From NCBI GenBank assembly GCA_028023455.1, contig JAQFVV010000001.1, positions 24,862,001-24,926,000 on the forward strand: a stretch of DNA of 64,000 bases, given 5' to 3'. Positions within the stretch are counted from its first letter, which is position 1, and every line of letters begins with the position of its first letter. Below are positions 1-13,947 of the stretch, piece by piece. The notes under the pieces are model-generated. The model was not told the origin of the DNA. It saw only the letters and a program-made list of their open reading frames with translations, and did no database searches. The position numbers were made by a program, and so were the translations under genes. The stretch comes from Epiperipatus broadwayi (lineage: Eukaryota; Animalia; Onychophora).

Positions 1-3000
1 TTCTGTATAATCACTTTTTTCATATTTATTCTTCCATAACTTCATTATATGTGCCCTTTCTGTTTTCAACTATTTACATTCAATTAACAGATGCCTAATA
101 TTTTCTATTCCTTCCTTATATAATTTACAGAATAAATCATCCATATTTTTCCACTTGCATGTATATTCTTTTGTTGCTAAAGATCCCGTTTGAGCATTAA
201 ACAATAAACTACTTGTCAAGCATTAGTGGTCGAGAGGTCAGTGACAGCTGCTTTACAAGTAATTGTCCCGGGTTAGCGGGTTCGCTTCCCAGCTGATGCT
301 ATGACACATAAGAAAAAAACAAAACAATAAACTACTTTTCTTACTATTATCATATATTAACTCGCACCTAATATTCTGTTTATTTCTATATATATTTAAA
401 CTCGTTTTACTCTCCATATTAGTTCTCCATTTTTCTAACTCCCTATTCTTTATTAATAAATCTACTCTTTTATCCCATTTCTTACCACTATAACATTCAA
501 CAATCCTCCTAACACAATCATCCCATCTTTTTTACAAATATACTGATATAAATTCTTTATCCAAATCTTTTGCATACCACATTACCTTTCTCACCCACCT
601 TGTTACCTGCTGTTTACTCATAACCCAATTAAATACTATTTTGGCTATTCTTTTATTATCCATAAACTGCAATCTACCAAACATTTTTATTTTACTTTTT
701 GCATTTCTCATATGAAAACTTGACCATCTCATTTCTCCTTGAATTGCCTCCCTTGCTGTCCATACATCTGCATCCAATGCATGTCTTCCTACTTCACTTT
801 GAACTTTTTCTAAGTAATTTAATACACCTTTACTAACACATAATGCATCATTACCATATGTTAACCCTGCTATTGCAACTCCCATATAATTCTAGCTACA
901 TCATATTTATTATATGAAAACTGTTAATTTCTTTATCAATCCCTTTCTTTTATTTGCTTCATTTATCAATTTTTTTTTCTCATTCATCCAAATAATTTTT
1001 CTGATTACTTAAAATAATTCCCAAATAACCATATCTAGTCACCACACTTAATTTAATATCTCCCAATAAAAATTCTACATCTTCTCTTTCCCCAGTAGTA
1101 ACCATCATTATATTTGATTTTTCTTCACTAAATTTAATTCCCATCTCTTTACCCACCCTTGCACATGTCCTCAGCATAATTTCCATATCTTCTCTTTTTT
1201 CTGCACACAAAAATATATCATCCGCAAAAAAAAAAGACCTGACAAAATATATACTTACTTACTATATAATAACGGTATCTCTATCCCTCTTCCTAATCTT
1301 TCTATTGCTCTTTCCATTTCACTCAAATACAGCACAAACAAAATAGGTGACATAGGACATCCTTGCCTTGGTCTCACCCCATTTTTAACTTTAACTGATT
1401 CTATATTCCCTAATTGATATATATATATAATAATTATTTTTATATAATTTCTTAATAATATCCACTAAAGCTTCATCCATTCCCAAATTTGCTAAAGTTA
1501 TCCATAATCTATTTCTATTTACTCTATCATATGCATGCTTCTCTATATCTATAAAACTCATATATAACTGTTTACCTGAATTCCTACTTATATCCATAAG
1601 TTGTGTATCTACAAATAAACTATCTTCTATATTCCTATCTAATCTAAAACCTCCTTGCATTTCCCCCACTACATTATTCCCTTCCATCCATTTTACAACT
1701 CTTCTAGCCACCATATATGAGAAAACTTTATATAAACTGATGTTACCATTATCGGTCTATAATTATTTAACTTTCTATGATCCTTAGCCTTTCCTTTAAA
1801 TAATAATCTTAATCTTGTATTACTCCAACTACTCGGAAAAACTCTATTCTGTGCCATCTTATTAAAACAAGATAATAACTTTACTTTTGTCTTATATCCT
1901 AAATTCATTACCATCTCTGCTGCCCATCCATCTAAACCTCTTGCCTTTCCACTTTCAATTTCTTCTCTACCTCATTCAGTTCATTTTCTGTGAACGTAAT
2001 ATTTCTATTGCTATATGCTTTCATGTTTTCTATCACTCTATCCTTTTCATCTAACATCTTTTCTATATTCATTACATATTCTCTAGAGCTACACTCTATT
2101 CCCTCATCATCTAGTAATACTATTTCTCTCTCCCCTACATTTCTCCTTTTAATGTAATTCCAAAATTTTTTACTCCCATCTCTTCCACTTTTATTAATAT
2201 CCTCCAACAATTTATTATTCAATTTCATTCTCTCTCTATAATTATCAATTTTAGCCAACTTCTTCTTTTCTAAGTACTTTTCTCATTTAGCATTAATATC
2301 TTTTTCACTTTCCTTGTTCTTAATAGCACACTTATATTCTCTACAAGCTTTTCCCCTCTCTTTTACACTTTTATTAATTCTCATTTTTTTATTACTTTTA
2401 TTCTTCTGAATATTCTCATCTAAAACCCTATTTTCCACTTCTTCTACTTTTTTACACCAATCCTTATACTCATCCCCAACCAACTCTTCCATGATTTCTT
2501 CAACTTGTATTTTATACTCTTCCAACTTATTCTTATCATTCACTCTCCATTCACTTCTTTGACTATTATTTCTACTTTTATTTCTATTTTCCATCACATT
2601 ACTAACCATTTCAATTACAATAAAGTTATGATCACTAGTGCATACTTTTTTCCCATTATCAAACTCCTTAATTTTCCATATTTTATTCATTACCTCTTTC
2701 TTTACCAATACATAATCTACTGTGTGAAATATATTATTTCTAGACCATGTGTATTGTTGATCATAAATATTTAATAAATTTCCAATACTCAAATTCACTT
2801 TCTGACAAAATTTCTTCAAAAACTGTCCATTTTTATTATCTACATCATCAATTTCTTCAATACATCCATTCATATCCCCTTTAACCATTATTCTCTTCCC
2901 CTTTTTTTCAAAACTTGGTAAATCCTTAACTAAACGTTCATATATGTTACTGTTCCACTCCATTATAATTTGACTGTCTCCAGTGGCTATATAAACTATA

Positions 3001-4440
3001 GCTACCATTCTTTCTTGTCTACTCAACCTTATTTCAAACCACAAATGTTCTTGACATTTAACAATATTTAAATATTTTTTTGATATATCCCCTGCCCCCC
3101 TTTTTTTTTTCTATTTATACCCCGCCATACCAATTGTTCCAAAATAGGTTCTTCTTCTTTTCTTAGATGTGTTTGCACTATTGCTAACACCTCAAGCTCT
3201 TCATTTTTAATTGTTTTATTTTTTCCATCCACTTTTTTTGTCTCCTACCACCTTGCATATTCAAAAACCCAATTTTAACAATTTCTTCTTTCCTAACTAC
3301 TCTTTTATAAATTCTTTTAATTCTTTTTTCTCCATTACATTTATAAATAACTTTCTTATCATTAATTTTACAAACCCATTCCTTCTCCAAATCTATTATA
3401 TCTAAATCAAATTCCTTTTTCTTATTTCTTACATTCCATCCATTTTTTTTCTTTTTAATAATATTGCAATTTAAAATCCCACCCCTCTTTACAAGTTTCC
3501 CGAAAAATATTCTTTATTAATCAGACTCCCTAAAACTTCACTTCCTTGTTTTCCTAAATGCAAACCATCTTTATTATATAACTCCCTCTTGCCAATAAAA
3601 CAATCCCATACATCCACAAACATAACATTATTTCTCTCACACAATTTTTTCCATCTCTCATTTATAGAATATGCCCTATCTAACAAATGCTTCTTGTCAA
3701 ATCTTGGTAATAATCCAACTACTCCTGCACTTTCTTTAATCATAGTCAAATTCCTAATCAATTCTACATATTCATCCATTATTCTCTCTGATGATTCTGA
3801 TACACATTTCTATTACCTAGCTTTTTTACTTTATCAGCTACATCTTTAATTCTAGCTCCAGGCAAACATACTCTTACTTACCTGCTTCTATTTTGCCTTG
3901 TAATTATATCCCCACATTCTCTAATTAGTGAATATCCTATCAATACTGTTTCATAATCTATTTTCTCTCCGCCATCCATAACATTATATAATACCTTCTG
4001 GTCCTCTTTATCTATTTCTTCCTTATCATTCCTACTCAATAATTTCTTTATATCCTCACATTTTATCTCTAATGATTTAATTTTACTTCTACATCCTTCA
4101 CTTCTTCCTTTATCTTATTTATTCTTTGGCTAATCATCTCCATTGCACTATTATTTTCTCCACCCAGATTTCCTGACACTCCACTAAAACCATACTCTAT
4201 CCTATCTTCCTTAACTACATTTTACTCCCTTTCCACTGTCTTTCTCTTTAGACTATCTACACTTAGAAACCACTTTCTCACCTCTTTTATCACATTTACA
4301 TACTGACTACATAACCATAAACTTATTACATCCTCTTTAGTCTTATTTAAACATTTCTAGTGATAAACTATCACATACAATACATTCTACCACAGCTCAC
4401 CTAATTTCTTTTTTCCTATTATATATACATTGTGGAATAC
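1..4440 (-). mobile_element. Decayed non-LTR retrotransposon (CR1/L2/RTE-X-like): ORF1 with Cys-rich N-terminus and SGNH/GDSL esterase, ORF2 with AP endonuclease and reverse transcriptase; frameshifted
   Basis: Minus-strand ORFs in order: esterase (3489-3779, ..FVDVWDCF..LYNKDGLHL); APE start KIGFLNMQGG (about 3230) and DHNFI (2283-3044); NYRPIMVTS (1693-1914); RT GEMQGGFRLDRNIEDSLF..FIDIEK.AYDRV (1391-1714); YGYLGI (980-1210); C-terminal region (532-885). Many stops and frameshifts. Confidence 0.9.
215..321 (+). mobile_element. Short tRNA-derived SINE or tRNA retrocopy inserted into the LINE
   Basis: Cloverleaf-like 220-299 (acceptor GCATTAG/CTGATGC, D-stem GTC/GAC, B-box GGGTTCGCTTCCC), an A-rich tail, and an approximately 15-bp target-site duplication aaacaataa(a)ctactt at 199-214 and 322-336. 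Confidence 0.7.
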
Positions 4441-4859
4441 AAATGCAATATATATTCTTTATTTTACGTATTTTTTGAATGTTATATTTTTTCTTAAAAG
4501 TAAATGTTTCTTAAATTTAAAAAAATCTTTTAATAACAAATTTACTAAAAACTAAACAACAAAATAACTTTTTTAAAAAATTCCTATATATAAAATAACA
4601 ATATATAAATAATAAAACAAAAAAAACAACTTTTTTTTTAAAAATTTCTGTATATATAAATAACAAATTGAAAAAACTTTAAAACAAAAAACACAATTTT
4701 CAAATTTTCAAATACTCTTAATCACTAATTACACTTTCATATACAATAATAATTAATATTAATAAATATTAATGCTTTCAGATGAAACAAATATTAAGAT
4801 AAAAAAAATACTTATATGTTATGTGATGTGATGTACTGTAGCTTTTTCTTAAACCAAAT

Positions 4860-5100
4860 ATATATATATTCCCTACAACTCTTTATTTATATATATATTT
4901 ATTTTTATACACCCTAACTTTTATTATTATTATATAATTCTCATAAATTTATATTATACTGCTTTATATGTTTATATATATATATTCCCTACAACTCTTT
5001 ATTTATGTATATATATATTTTATTATACACTTTAACTTTTATTATTATTACATAATTCTCATAATTTTTTATTATACTATTTTATATGTAAATATTATGC
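4860..5100. repeat. Tandem duplication (about 120 bp x2) at the outer end of the left arm of the PLE foldback
   Basis: tatattccctacaactctttattt...ataattctcataa occurs at about 4865 and about 4983. Confidence 0.65.
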
Positions 5101-7062
5101 TAAGTTTATGTATTTATTTGTTTATTTTTTTATAATGTAATATCTATAAATATACCCACGTTTATACTACTATTTAACTTAACCATTTTTTATCACCCAT
5201 AATTCATTTATAAATAATTATCTCTTTATTATGTTTATCTCTTTATATCTTTTTTAATAACTATATTTATACTAATCTCATCCTAATCCCAGAATTCCTA
5301 TTAAATTTTTTTTTTATCTTTCTTATTAATATAGCTCTTTTATTTTCCTTTCTTTAATATTTTCTGTATGTAACCTCAATTTTATTGAACTTTGTGTAAA
5401 TTTATGTCCTGTTTCCTTCATATATATATATATTGGTGATTTATTATCTGCCATATATTGTTTTAATCTTGTTTTTATAGAATTTTTTTGTTTCTCCCAC
5501 ATATTTATTATCAAACTCACTATCGAGACATTGTTTGCATTTTATCACATATACTCCATTAATTATTTTTTATTATCTTTATTATATCCTATGTATTTGT
5601 TATCTATCAAATTTAATAGGTTTTCTTTTTTTTTATTAACTATTTTTGTAGTAATTATTCTTTTGTATTTTTTATTAATCTTCTTTATAATTTTGTTAAA
5701 CTTATTCACTATAATATTATTATTTGTTTTTATTCCTATATATCTATTTTCACTTTTCGTTTTTCTTTCACTCTTTTCATTTTTATTTATCTTATACTCT
5801 ATTTTTCCAATATTTCATTTAATTATATATACAGGGAAACCACTTATTTTTAACGTATTGATTATTAAATCTTTTTGTTTAATATAATCTTCTTTCCTTG
5901 AACAATACATGGCAGTCCTGTTTGGAAAACCAACTTGTTATTTTTTTTACCAATATTGTTCTTTTTATAAATATTTGTCTGAATACACCATTTTTTATCT
6001 ATCAATTTCTTTTGAAATATTATATCCAAAAGAAATTGATAGATAAAAAATGGTGTATTCAGACAAATATTTATAAGAAGACTAATATTGGTAACAAAAT
6101 AACAAGTTGGTTTTCCAACATTGATAGGAAATATAAAATTAGTTGTATATATTCAAGAATCTACAGGGCTGCCATGTATTGTTCAAGGAAAGAAGATTAT
6201 ATTAAACAAAAAGATTTAATAATCAATAAGTTAAAAATGAGTGGTTTCCTGTATATATAATTAAATGAAGTATTGGAAAAATAGAGTATAAGATAAATAA
6301 ACATGAAAAGAGTGAAAGAAAAAAGAAAGTTGAAAATAGATATATAGGAATAAAAACAAATAATAATATCATAGTGAATAATTTTAACAAAATTATAAAG
6401 AAGATTAATAAAAAATACAAAATAATAATTACTACAAAAATAGTTAATAAAAAAATAGAAAACCTATTAAATTTGATAGATAACAAATACATAGGATATA
6501 ATAAAAATAAAGAAATAATTAATGGAGTATATGTGATAAAATGCAAACAATGTCTCGATAGTGGGATTGATAATAAATATGTGGGAGAAATAAAAAAAAT
6601 CTATAAAAACAAGATTAAAACAACATATGGCAGATAATAAATCACCAATATATATACATATGAAAGAAACAGGACACAAAGTTCAATAAAATTGAGGTTA
6701 CATATACAGAAAGTATTAAAGAAAGGAAAATAAAAGAAGCTATATTAATAAGAAAGATAAAATAAAAATTTAATAGGGATTCTGGGATTAGGATGAGATT
6801 AGTATAGATATAGTTATTAAATAAGATATATAGAGGTAAATATATAAAGAGATAATTGTTTATAAATGAATTGTGGGTGATAAAAAATGGTTAAGTTAAA
6901 TAGGAGTATAAACATGGGTATATTTAGAGATATTATATTATAAAAAATAAAAAAAATAGATAAACTTAGCATAATATTTACATATAAAAGAATATAATAA
7001 AAATTATGAGAATTATATAATAATAATAAAAGTTAAAGTGTATAATAAAAATATATATATAC
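5007..7062. mobile_element. Penelope-like element 3' end present as a head-to-head inverted duplication (about 1 kb arms, 12-nt loop at 6015-6026)
   Basis: The arms are reverse complements (atcaatttcttttg / caaaagaaattgat). The right arm encodes a PLE RT thumb (TNIYKKTN..SWFSNIDRKYKISCIYSRIYRAAMYCS) and GIY-YIG (GVYVIKCKQC...KYVGE). The left arm encodes the same on the minus strand (KTRLKQY..KETGHKF..ERKIKE). Confidence 0.9.
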
Positions 7063-7510
7063 TGTACCGGTCAGAATTGTATGTTCGTCTAACAAGAGCT
7101 AGCATCTAGGCAAAAGTGCCTCGAGTCCAATCATGTGCAAGATACATAAGTCAGAAACAATCATGAACTCTGCCCTATTGCCTATTTTCCAGATCTATAA
7201 CATTACAAACAACATTTCTGATTATAACAAATGAAATTTTATTCATTCCTGTCCCGGAGCAACAGCGGAGAAACAAGAGATCTACAGGGAATGATAATAC
7301 TACTAGGCTTCGAACCCCTGCTGCCAACAGAATGAAATAGCTTAAGATTATAATTAGACTTTTCATCAAAATTCATTAATAAATCTAGAAGTAGTCTGTG
7401 TTGCAACATGTCGGATTCTACTAGAGAGGCATTGATTTCACACTACACGTATCCCAGCTGATAAGTTAGCATTATTGGGTCAACCTCAAAAGGGGTGGGC
7501 AATACCAACA
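7063..7510. mobile_element. Probable solo LTR interrupting the right arm of the PLE foldback
   Basis: More GC-rich block beginning TGTACCGG and ending ..ACCAACA next to a (TA)n run; same start as the solo LTR at 57228. No clear TSD. Confidence 0.35.
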
Positions 7511-8489
7511 AAATAGTACGTATTTACTCATATATTAACCTGCTAGTACAGAGAATGGCTCTGGCATACTTCTTCCAGACCAACGCCAGCAATGGATGAG
7601 CCAACATTAACAAAGTGTATTTATTATGCATCTGTACAATTTTATAATGTCAATAAATATATTTTTAAATATAAATCTAGAAATTGGTCTAAGGTCAATG
7701 ATGTGTATGCATAAATCAAGAGGCAAAGCAGAATTAAATACTAATTATATGGTTAATAATTTATTAATATTAATTAGAAAAATGAATAAACAAATATTTA
7801 ATTTAACAAACGGTTGCGAATCTATTTACATATAACACTAATAGAATTTTGGGTTTCACTTGATTATGAGCACTGATTTGCGTATTTGAAAAATTACATA
7901 ATAGAACATAAGTTAATGATTAAATAATACACAAATCTGCAATTGAATACGATGATTCAAAAAAAATGTACAGATAGTCAAAAGATGCGGCTTATATGCT
8001 AACAGTAGATGCCAATTTTGCCATATTATAACTTGAACACTATGAGTATTTTATGAAAAATAAATAACCTTAAAAACAGATAAATGGGATATAAGTTACA
8101 TCAATTTACTATGGTTCATTTGAACCACACACGAAAATATTTTATAATTTACATTATTCACTTAAACAGTCATTAGACCTTAAAATGTTCAGACAGAAAA
8201 GTTATTTGTATTTTATTCTATTCTTTTCTGACTGGAGAGGATTTATTTAACATTGTTTGTTAGCACACTCAAACGTCTCAATGAGAGGGCGGGCAGCTTA
8301 AATAAGCTTTAAAATGACATTCCCTAACTTATAATATAAATGAAAATATGAGACGGATTTAGAAATCATGGCATTATGTCTTACAGATTTAAAACGGGCA
8401 CGTATGAGAATATTAAACAAGAATTGTGGTGCTGACTAAATCATAACACTAGAAAAGGTTGAATCCATTTTAGGATGAACACTTCATCA

Positions 8490-8620
8490 ATTATATAAGA
8501 ATATGAAATGTGCCTGTACACATGACAGATCAGCATTTGAAAAAGGTGATTGTGTAGGGATTCTATGGTCTGATTATTTCCAGTGTTAGTCCATGCAGAG
8601 CCTATCTATAACCTGACACT
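8490..8620 (+). mobile_element. Possible Tc1-like transposase N-terminal remnant
   Basis: HDRSAFEKGDCVG resembles the Tc1 LSxFERGxIVG helix-turn-helix start. Very short and degraded. Confidence 0.2.
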
Positions 8621-10287
8621 ATCCTGGTGTCGGTGCTTCCAAACCCTATTCAAGAATATGCCATAAGTAAAATAATCCTGATCCTCCCGGTTTTAAGTTT
8701 GACAAAGCAAAGTGAGGAAATTTCGTAACATTATCTAAGCCAAGCAACGCTAATAATTAAAAAATAAATCAGGTTCTTAATGATGCTGATATGTGAATTA
8801 AGGCCCTTGTAATTTAATAGAATCTAGCGTAATGATATGCTATAATTTGATCTCTCTCAACAGGTACACAAATGACCTTTAATATTAGTTAGGATGTCAA
8901 AACCTAAAAGAGGGAATATTGTTCCCTTCATTAAACAAATATTAATACGCTAACTAATAATTAATTCCATAAAATAATTACCACACTAGATGGCATAATG
9001 GGCAAATGATTGACCATATAAAAAAAAAACAGCAAAGGTAAGGTCATTTAGTTTACTTTAAAATATAATATGAAAATAAAATCAATAGTGTGAACATGGT
9101 AATAAAGTGATATATTAAATGTAGCAGCGAATAATCTGCCACTAAGCAAATAGAATAACTTAAAAATATTATCCAATCGAGCGAACTTTTAGTTAGGTAA
9201 GAAAGCTTACATTTACAATTTAACATCCCATAATATCAAGGATATCTAATAAGAAAATTTAGGATCGGTTCGCTAGATTGAACTATTAGCATATTAAGTT
9301 AAATCATACAAAATTTATAATATTAAAATTAAAAGTTTGCTGCATTTAAAATATTAAAAATAGAAATTGTGAAACCCATTAAAGAAATGCATTAAAAAAA
9401 ATGAAGTTATAGATTCGTGCATTAGATTTTTTTAAAAGAAAGAGAGAGTCATTACTTTATAGAATTGTAACAACTAGCATTACAACACCATGTTTAAATA
9501 AGGAGAGAATTATATTACAAATAATTGAGATTTTAAAATGAAAGTTTTAAAAAGAGTTCATATTAGCGGCATGATTAGGATTTACCTTTCATTACTTGAT
9601 GATTTGAGGTCCATATGGATTGGTACGCGTAAGATTATAAAATTTGGAAAACACGGTTGGCAATGCAAAATTTGGAAAAATAATGGCTGGCATCTTGAGA
9701 TAGTTAGTTCAGCATTTAATTTAGGCAGTCCATAAGTGGAGATGCCATATTAGCATAGCACTATGGAAATGATTTTTGGAGAAGAAAGGGGAAGCAAATT
9801 TAGTCCTACCGGATTCATATTTCAAAATTTTGATTGATGTGGATCCGTTCTGCAACACTGATTAAAATGTCGCACCAAGAGACTTAGCCTAAAATTTCAG
9901 CTCTATTTATATGTTAGCCAGACCTTCTCGAATATTCTCTCTTTCTGCTTGATGAGGCCCGGATGTCCATTAAGTGGCCTGAATGCACCTATTCTTTATT
10001 TTCAATGATAATGCAACAAGTTCTAGAGAGTATTGTTTTAATCTATTTTGAGAATGGAAGTAGATTCAAAAGATATAATTTCCATTAACACTATGTTTGC
10101 TAAAGGATTTTAATTTATTAATTACCCCTTTTAAATTAAATCTAGAATATTTTTTTTATTTATAAGTTTCAGTTATTTTAATTACTCTCTAGAACTTTCT
10201 TTGGTATTGCATCATAAAATAAAATACGCGAACTATAAAATATAAAATAAATATACAAAATATTGAAGCAGCTTCACGGCCCACTTA

Positions 10288-10501
10288 CAATCTCCTACCA
10301 CCAAACCATGTTTAAACCCATTCTTACACGCATATACATATTTACTAATACATATTTTCCCTCTGCTTAACCATTTAAAATAACTGAAGTAAATATATAT
10401 ATATCTTAATGTAAATAAGCTTAATAAATAAATATTTAATGTTATTTTAATGTATATGCGTGCGTAATGGATAGATATATTTTTTCAGTGGGGGGAGATT
10501 G
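10288..10501. mobile_element. Small MITE-like element with imperfect terminal inverted repeats
   Basis: caatctcc...ccatt..cacgcatatacat pairs with atgtatatgcgtgcgtaatgg...ggagattg. Confidence 0.5.
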
Positions 10502-12860
10502 CTAATAAATCTTTTAAATAAAATATATTATTAATGTATATTGAAAATTATATATGTAATTTATTATTTATATGCTTAATCTTAACAATCAGAAAATGAT
10601 GCAATTCTTTTAAGAAGTGTCTCGAACACAACTAAAAACAATTAACCGGAAAACCTATTAGTCATAATTAAAATGTTACAATTTGTAACAGTAAAGTAAA
10701 AATCCATTAGTGGAAATTTAATCCACCTCAGATTGTTTTAAAATCGTAAGACTTATTTTAAAACAATCGCTTGAGAGACTTGTAACAGGATTGCATTGTT
10801 TCCAAAAACTTACTAAACAAAAGAGATATCCGGTCAGCAGATTTCAGCTCTGCTAAAGTGCTTAAATTGCCTCAAATCCAGCAGCTAAGTGCTTAACTAC
10901 ATCATCAGAAAAAGGATATCATCTCTCAAAAAGTCTACCATCTGAAATATTTTTACATATATCAAATTTCATTCAATTCTCTCCCTGTGAAACTCTTAGA
11001 CTCACAACAATTCAGATAAATTTTCATTAATTTTAAGATATTTTTTGCTATTTTTGTTCTTTTATTTTCTGATAACTATCAACGCTCAGTAGGAATCGTA
11101 AATTATTTCTAATTTGCCAATTTTTTTACTTTTTTTTTTTTTACTGTACAAGTGCTGTTATTCAGGGATGCTCATTATCATTATTTCATTAATCAATTTC
11201 TTGAAATCCTGGGTTTAGTTATACATATGTCTACATTATCTACTTGGGAGAAAAAACTATTACAGTTGTGGTTACTAATATAATGCAAATTTCCACAAGT
11301 AACATATTGCTTAAACTAATAGAAGTCATTTATTTAAGATGTAAAATTTTATATTAATTCTCCATAAGAATATTTACAACAGTAATTCTGCATTAAGTCA
11401 TTTGCAACTTATTTTGAAGTTTTTTATATTAGCATCAATGACCAAGTTTGCAATGCATTGTTATTGATAATTATATGTGATAAATTCATAATTAATTTTA
11501 TACCAGCATACAAAGATTTCTATCATTAATGCAATACTTACAAAGATTATCTCTTTTACAATCTATTTGTGGATTCTTACTCTTCAGACTCATCCTAAAC
11601 AAATAATTCAAAATTATTGTTTTTATTTAAACTTGAATTTTATGCAATGAATTGTGGCCCAAACTCTTTTGCTCTCTGCCAAGTGAAAATTCTATTTCTG
11701 GAATACATTAAATGTCCCCTTTGAATTTTTTTATATATGCTTTAAAATTTTTTTTTTTTACATTAAATGGTGCTTTTGTTATGGATTACCTTAATTTAAA
11801 TTATTAATTTAAATATTAACTCCGGTCACATTAATATATATATATTTTAAATATTATCTCAAAATTTTTATATGAAGTATGTTCTGTAAATTCATTTTTA
11901 CACTTTACACACTATTTTAATCATGAATAATATCACCTTTCTTAATTAGAACTGGAAAGTTTTACTTATTTTGTCTTTTCTTTTCCTATTAAGAATTACT
12001 GTACTTTAAAAAACAACAACATTATATTTAATAATATCGTAAATCAATAACTAATAATTAAATCATATTAAATATCTAATAGTACAGCTATAGAAAGTCC
12101 ATTTTTAATATTAATTTATTGCTTTGTTGCTATAATTTTTTGTTGTAAGACTACTATAGGACTTCAGATACCTTCCATTTGCTATTTTATTCTGATCAAA
12201 TGAGGTTTTTTTTTTATGTACTTATATTTTACTTGAGGGTTTTACATGCATTTAAGTTTGAATTGCAATCTATATTTGTTTTAGAATATTAAGGTTTCAT
12301 ATTAAAAATCTCATACAGTAAAAAGATCACCCATGCTTATTATAAATTAGTATAACAAACTTTTTTGCTAAATTAAATATAGACCTGGTAAAACTATAAA
12401 ATATAAAAGCATATATGCTTTCACTTCTGTGTTCTTTATTGGGTCTGTAAGACTAGCATCAGAATATATTCTGAATAAGCCCTATTGCCATGTGTCAAAA
12501 ATTTTGAATATTCTTGTTTTTAATAGTTTATAGTATCCAAAAGCTTTGTTTTATTAGAAATAATGATATAATATATGTCTAATTTGATCTTTAGATATTA
12601 ATTTAAAAAAAAAGAACTTGAGTCAAAAAAAAATTTTCTACAATATGGAAACAAAATGTTAGTTATTTTGTTTGTGCTACTGATAACATTGTGTTTCTAT
12701 TTTTATTTTTGACTAATTAAGATACAGTGATCCTTGATAGAAATGCAGACTTAATTTTAGGATTGAAATGACATTTCTGTGATTTTTTATGAATCAGTAT
12801 TATTATTACAATGTTTTTGTCATAGTTAATCAAAGCTGTATTTTTGCCTATACTTATATC

Positions 12861-13022
12861 AAGGCTATAATCTTAAGACTGTGGGCCTAGATGCGACAGT
12901 AGGGGACCTCTACAAATCTTAACACAAGATTAATGACTTTAAAAGACGAGCTAGTCTTGTGTTAAGATTTGTGGAGGTCCCTACTGTTGCATCTAGGCGC
13001 ATAGTCTTAAGGTTATAGCCTT
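12861..13022. mobile_element. Palindromic MITE, PIF/Harbinger(Tourist)-like ends
   Basis: About 70-bp TIRs: aggctataatcttaagactgtgggcctagatgc..aaatcttaacacaaga / tcttgtgttaagattt..gcatctaggcgcatagtcttaaggttatagcct. Flanks tca/taa resemble a 3-bp TWA TSD. Confidence 0.7.
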
Positions 13023-13947
13023 AATATATATTACTTACATAATGAGTATGCGCTTTATAAATTATTAATTACAACTTTTACTTATATTTAAATACTCGTG
13101 TATTGCTTTATAAATCACATTAATTCTATTTCAAAGGCAATATATCTAAGTTAATGCCTACAAAGTATCATAAGCTCATTATCATTAATTGTTGTTTCTT
13201 AATACTAATCATCATCATCATTACTTTTTTTCTCAAAAAATTCACTATTTATTGTTTTATAATATTGTATTATAAACTTAAGTTAATTATTTTCTAGAAA
13301 TATGTGATTGTATAAATATTATTACTATTTTATAATCTTTATTATCTATATTGATCTTTATTTTATCTAAGGTAATTTGTTAGTGTTGATCTGGTTTGTC
13401 CTTTTTAATATAAAATAAAATTTGTTTTTAAAAGTAAAAAACTGCCATATATCTTGTTAAGAATGAAGGAGGAAGTCTCACTATTTTGAATTTAAAAAAA
13501 AGCTTTTTAACAAATATTGACTTTCAGACCATCCATGACTATTTCAAACTAGAATAATTGACATATATCTTTTGAGCTAAGAATTATAATGAAGTACATT
13601 TGCAGATAAACCACATTTACATTAGGTTGTCTGGCATTCTGATGTTGAAAAAAACAGGGATAAAGATAGATATATATATATAGATAATTTGCTAATTATA
13701 ATTACAAATTTATATTTCTCTTATTAAATTAGAGCATATGTGCAATTACTTACATGTTATTTATTTGCAAAAGATTAACTGGTTTTGAAATAATGTATCC
13801 AAAGTTTGCTATGTGATTTTATGCAGATCATATTTGGCAGTTAATCTTAACAAATGATCCACTTGACAGTATTTTAGTCAATGTTTAAATTGTTATTCAT
13901 ATTTACCAGCATTTTGAATATATTATTTTGATTTTTTTAAAATATAT

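Noticed and set aside
220-300. Functional tRNA-Val(TAC) gene
   Set aside because: Mismatched anticodon and T stems, an atypical variable region, and an A tail with TSD indicate a retrocopy.
5531-6546. Hydrophobic F/L/I-rich ORFs that look like membrane proteins (also 17922-18492 and 36611-36860)
   Set aside because: These are antisense shadows of A-rich Lys/Glu/Asn-coding TE sequence.
9945-9990. TTGATGA-GGCC...GGCC-TGAAT hammerhead-like string
   Set aside because: No GAAA, no stem I or III pairing, and no associated PLE sequence.
8200-10900. CpG-retaining region as the TAF1B promoter or first exon
   Set aside because: No CxxC zinc-ribbon exon or clear start was found, so the 5' end cannot be placed from sequence alone.
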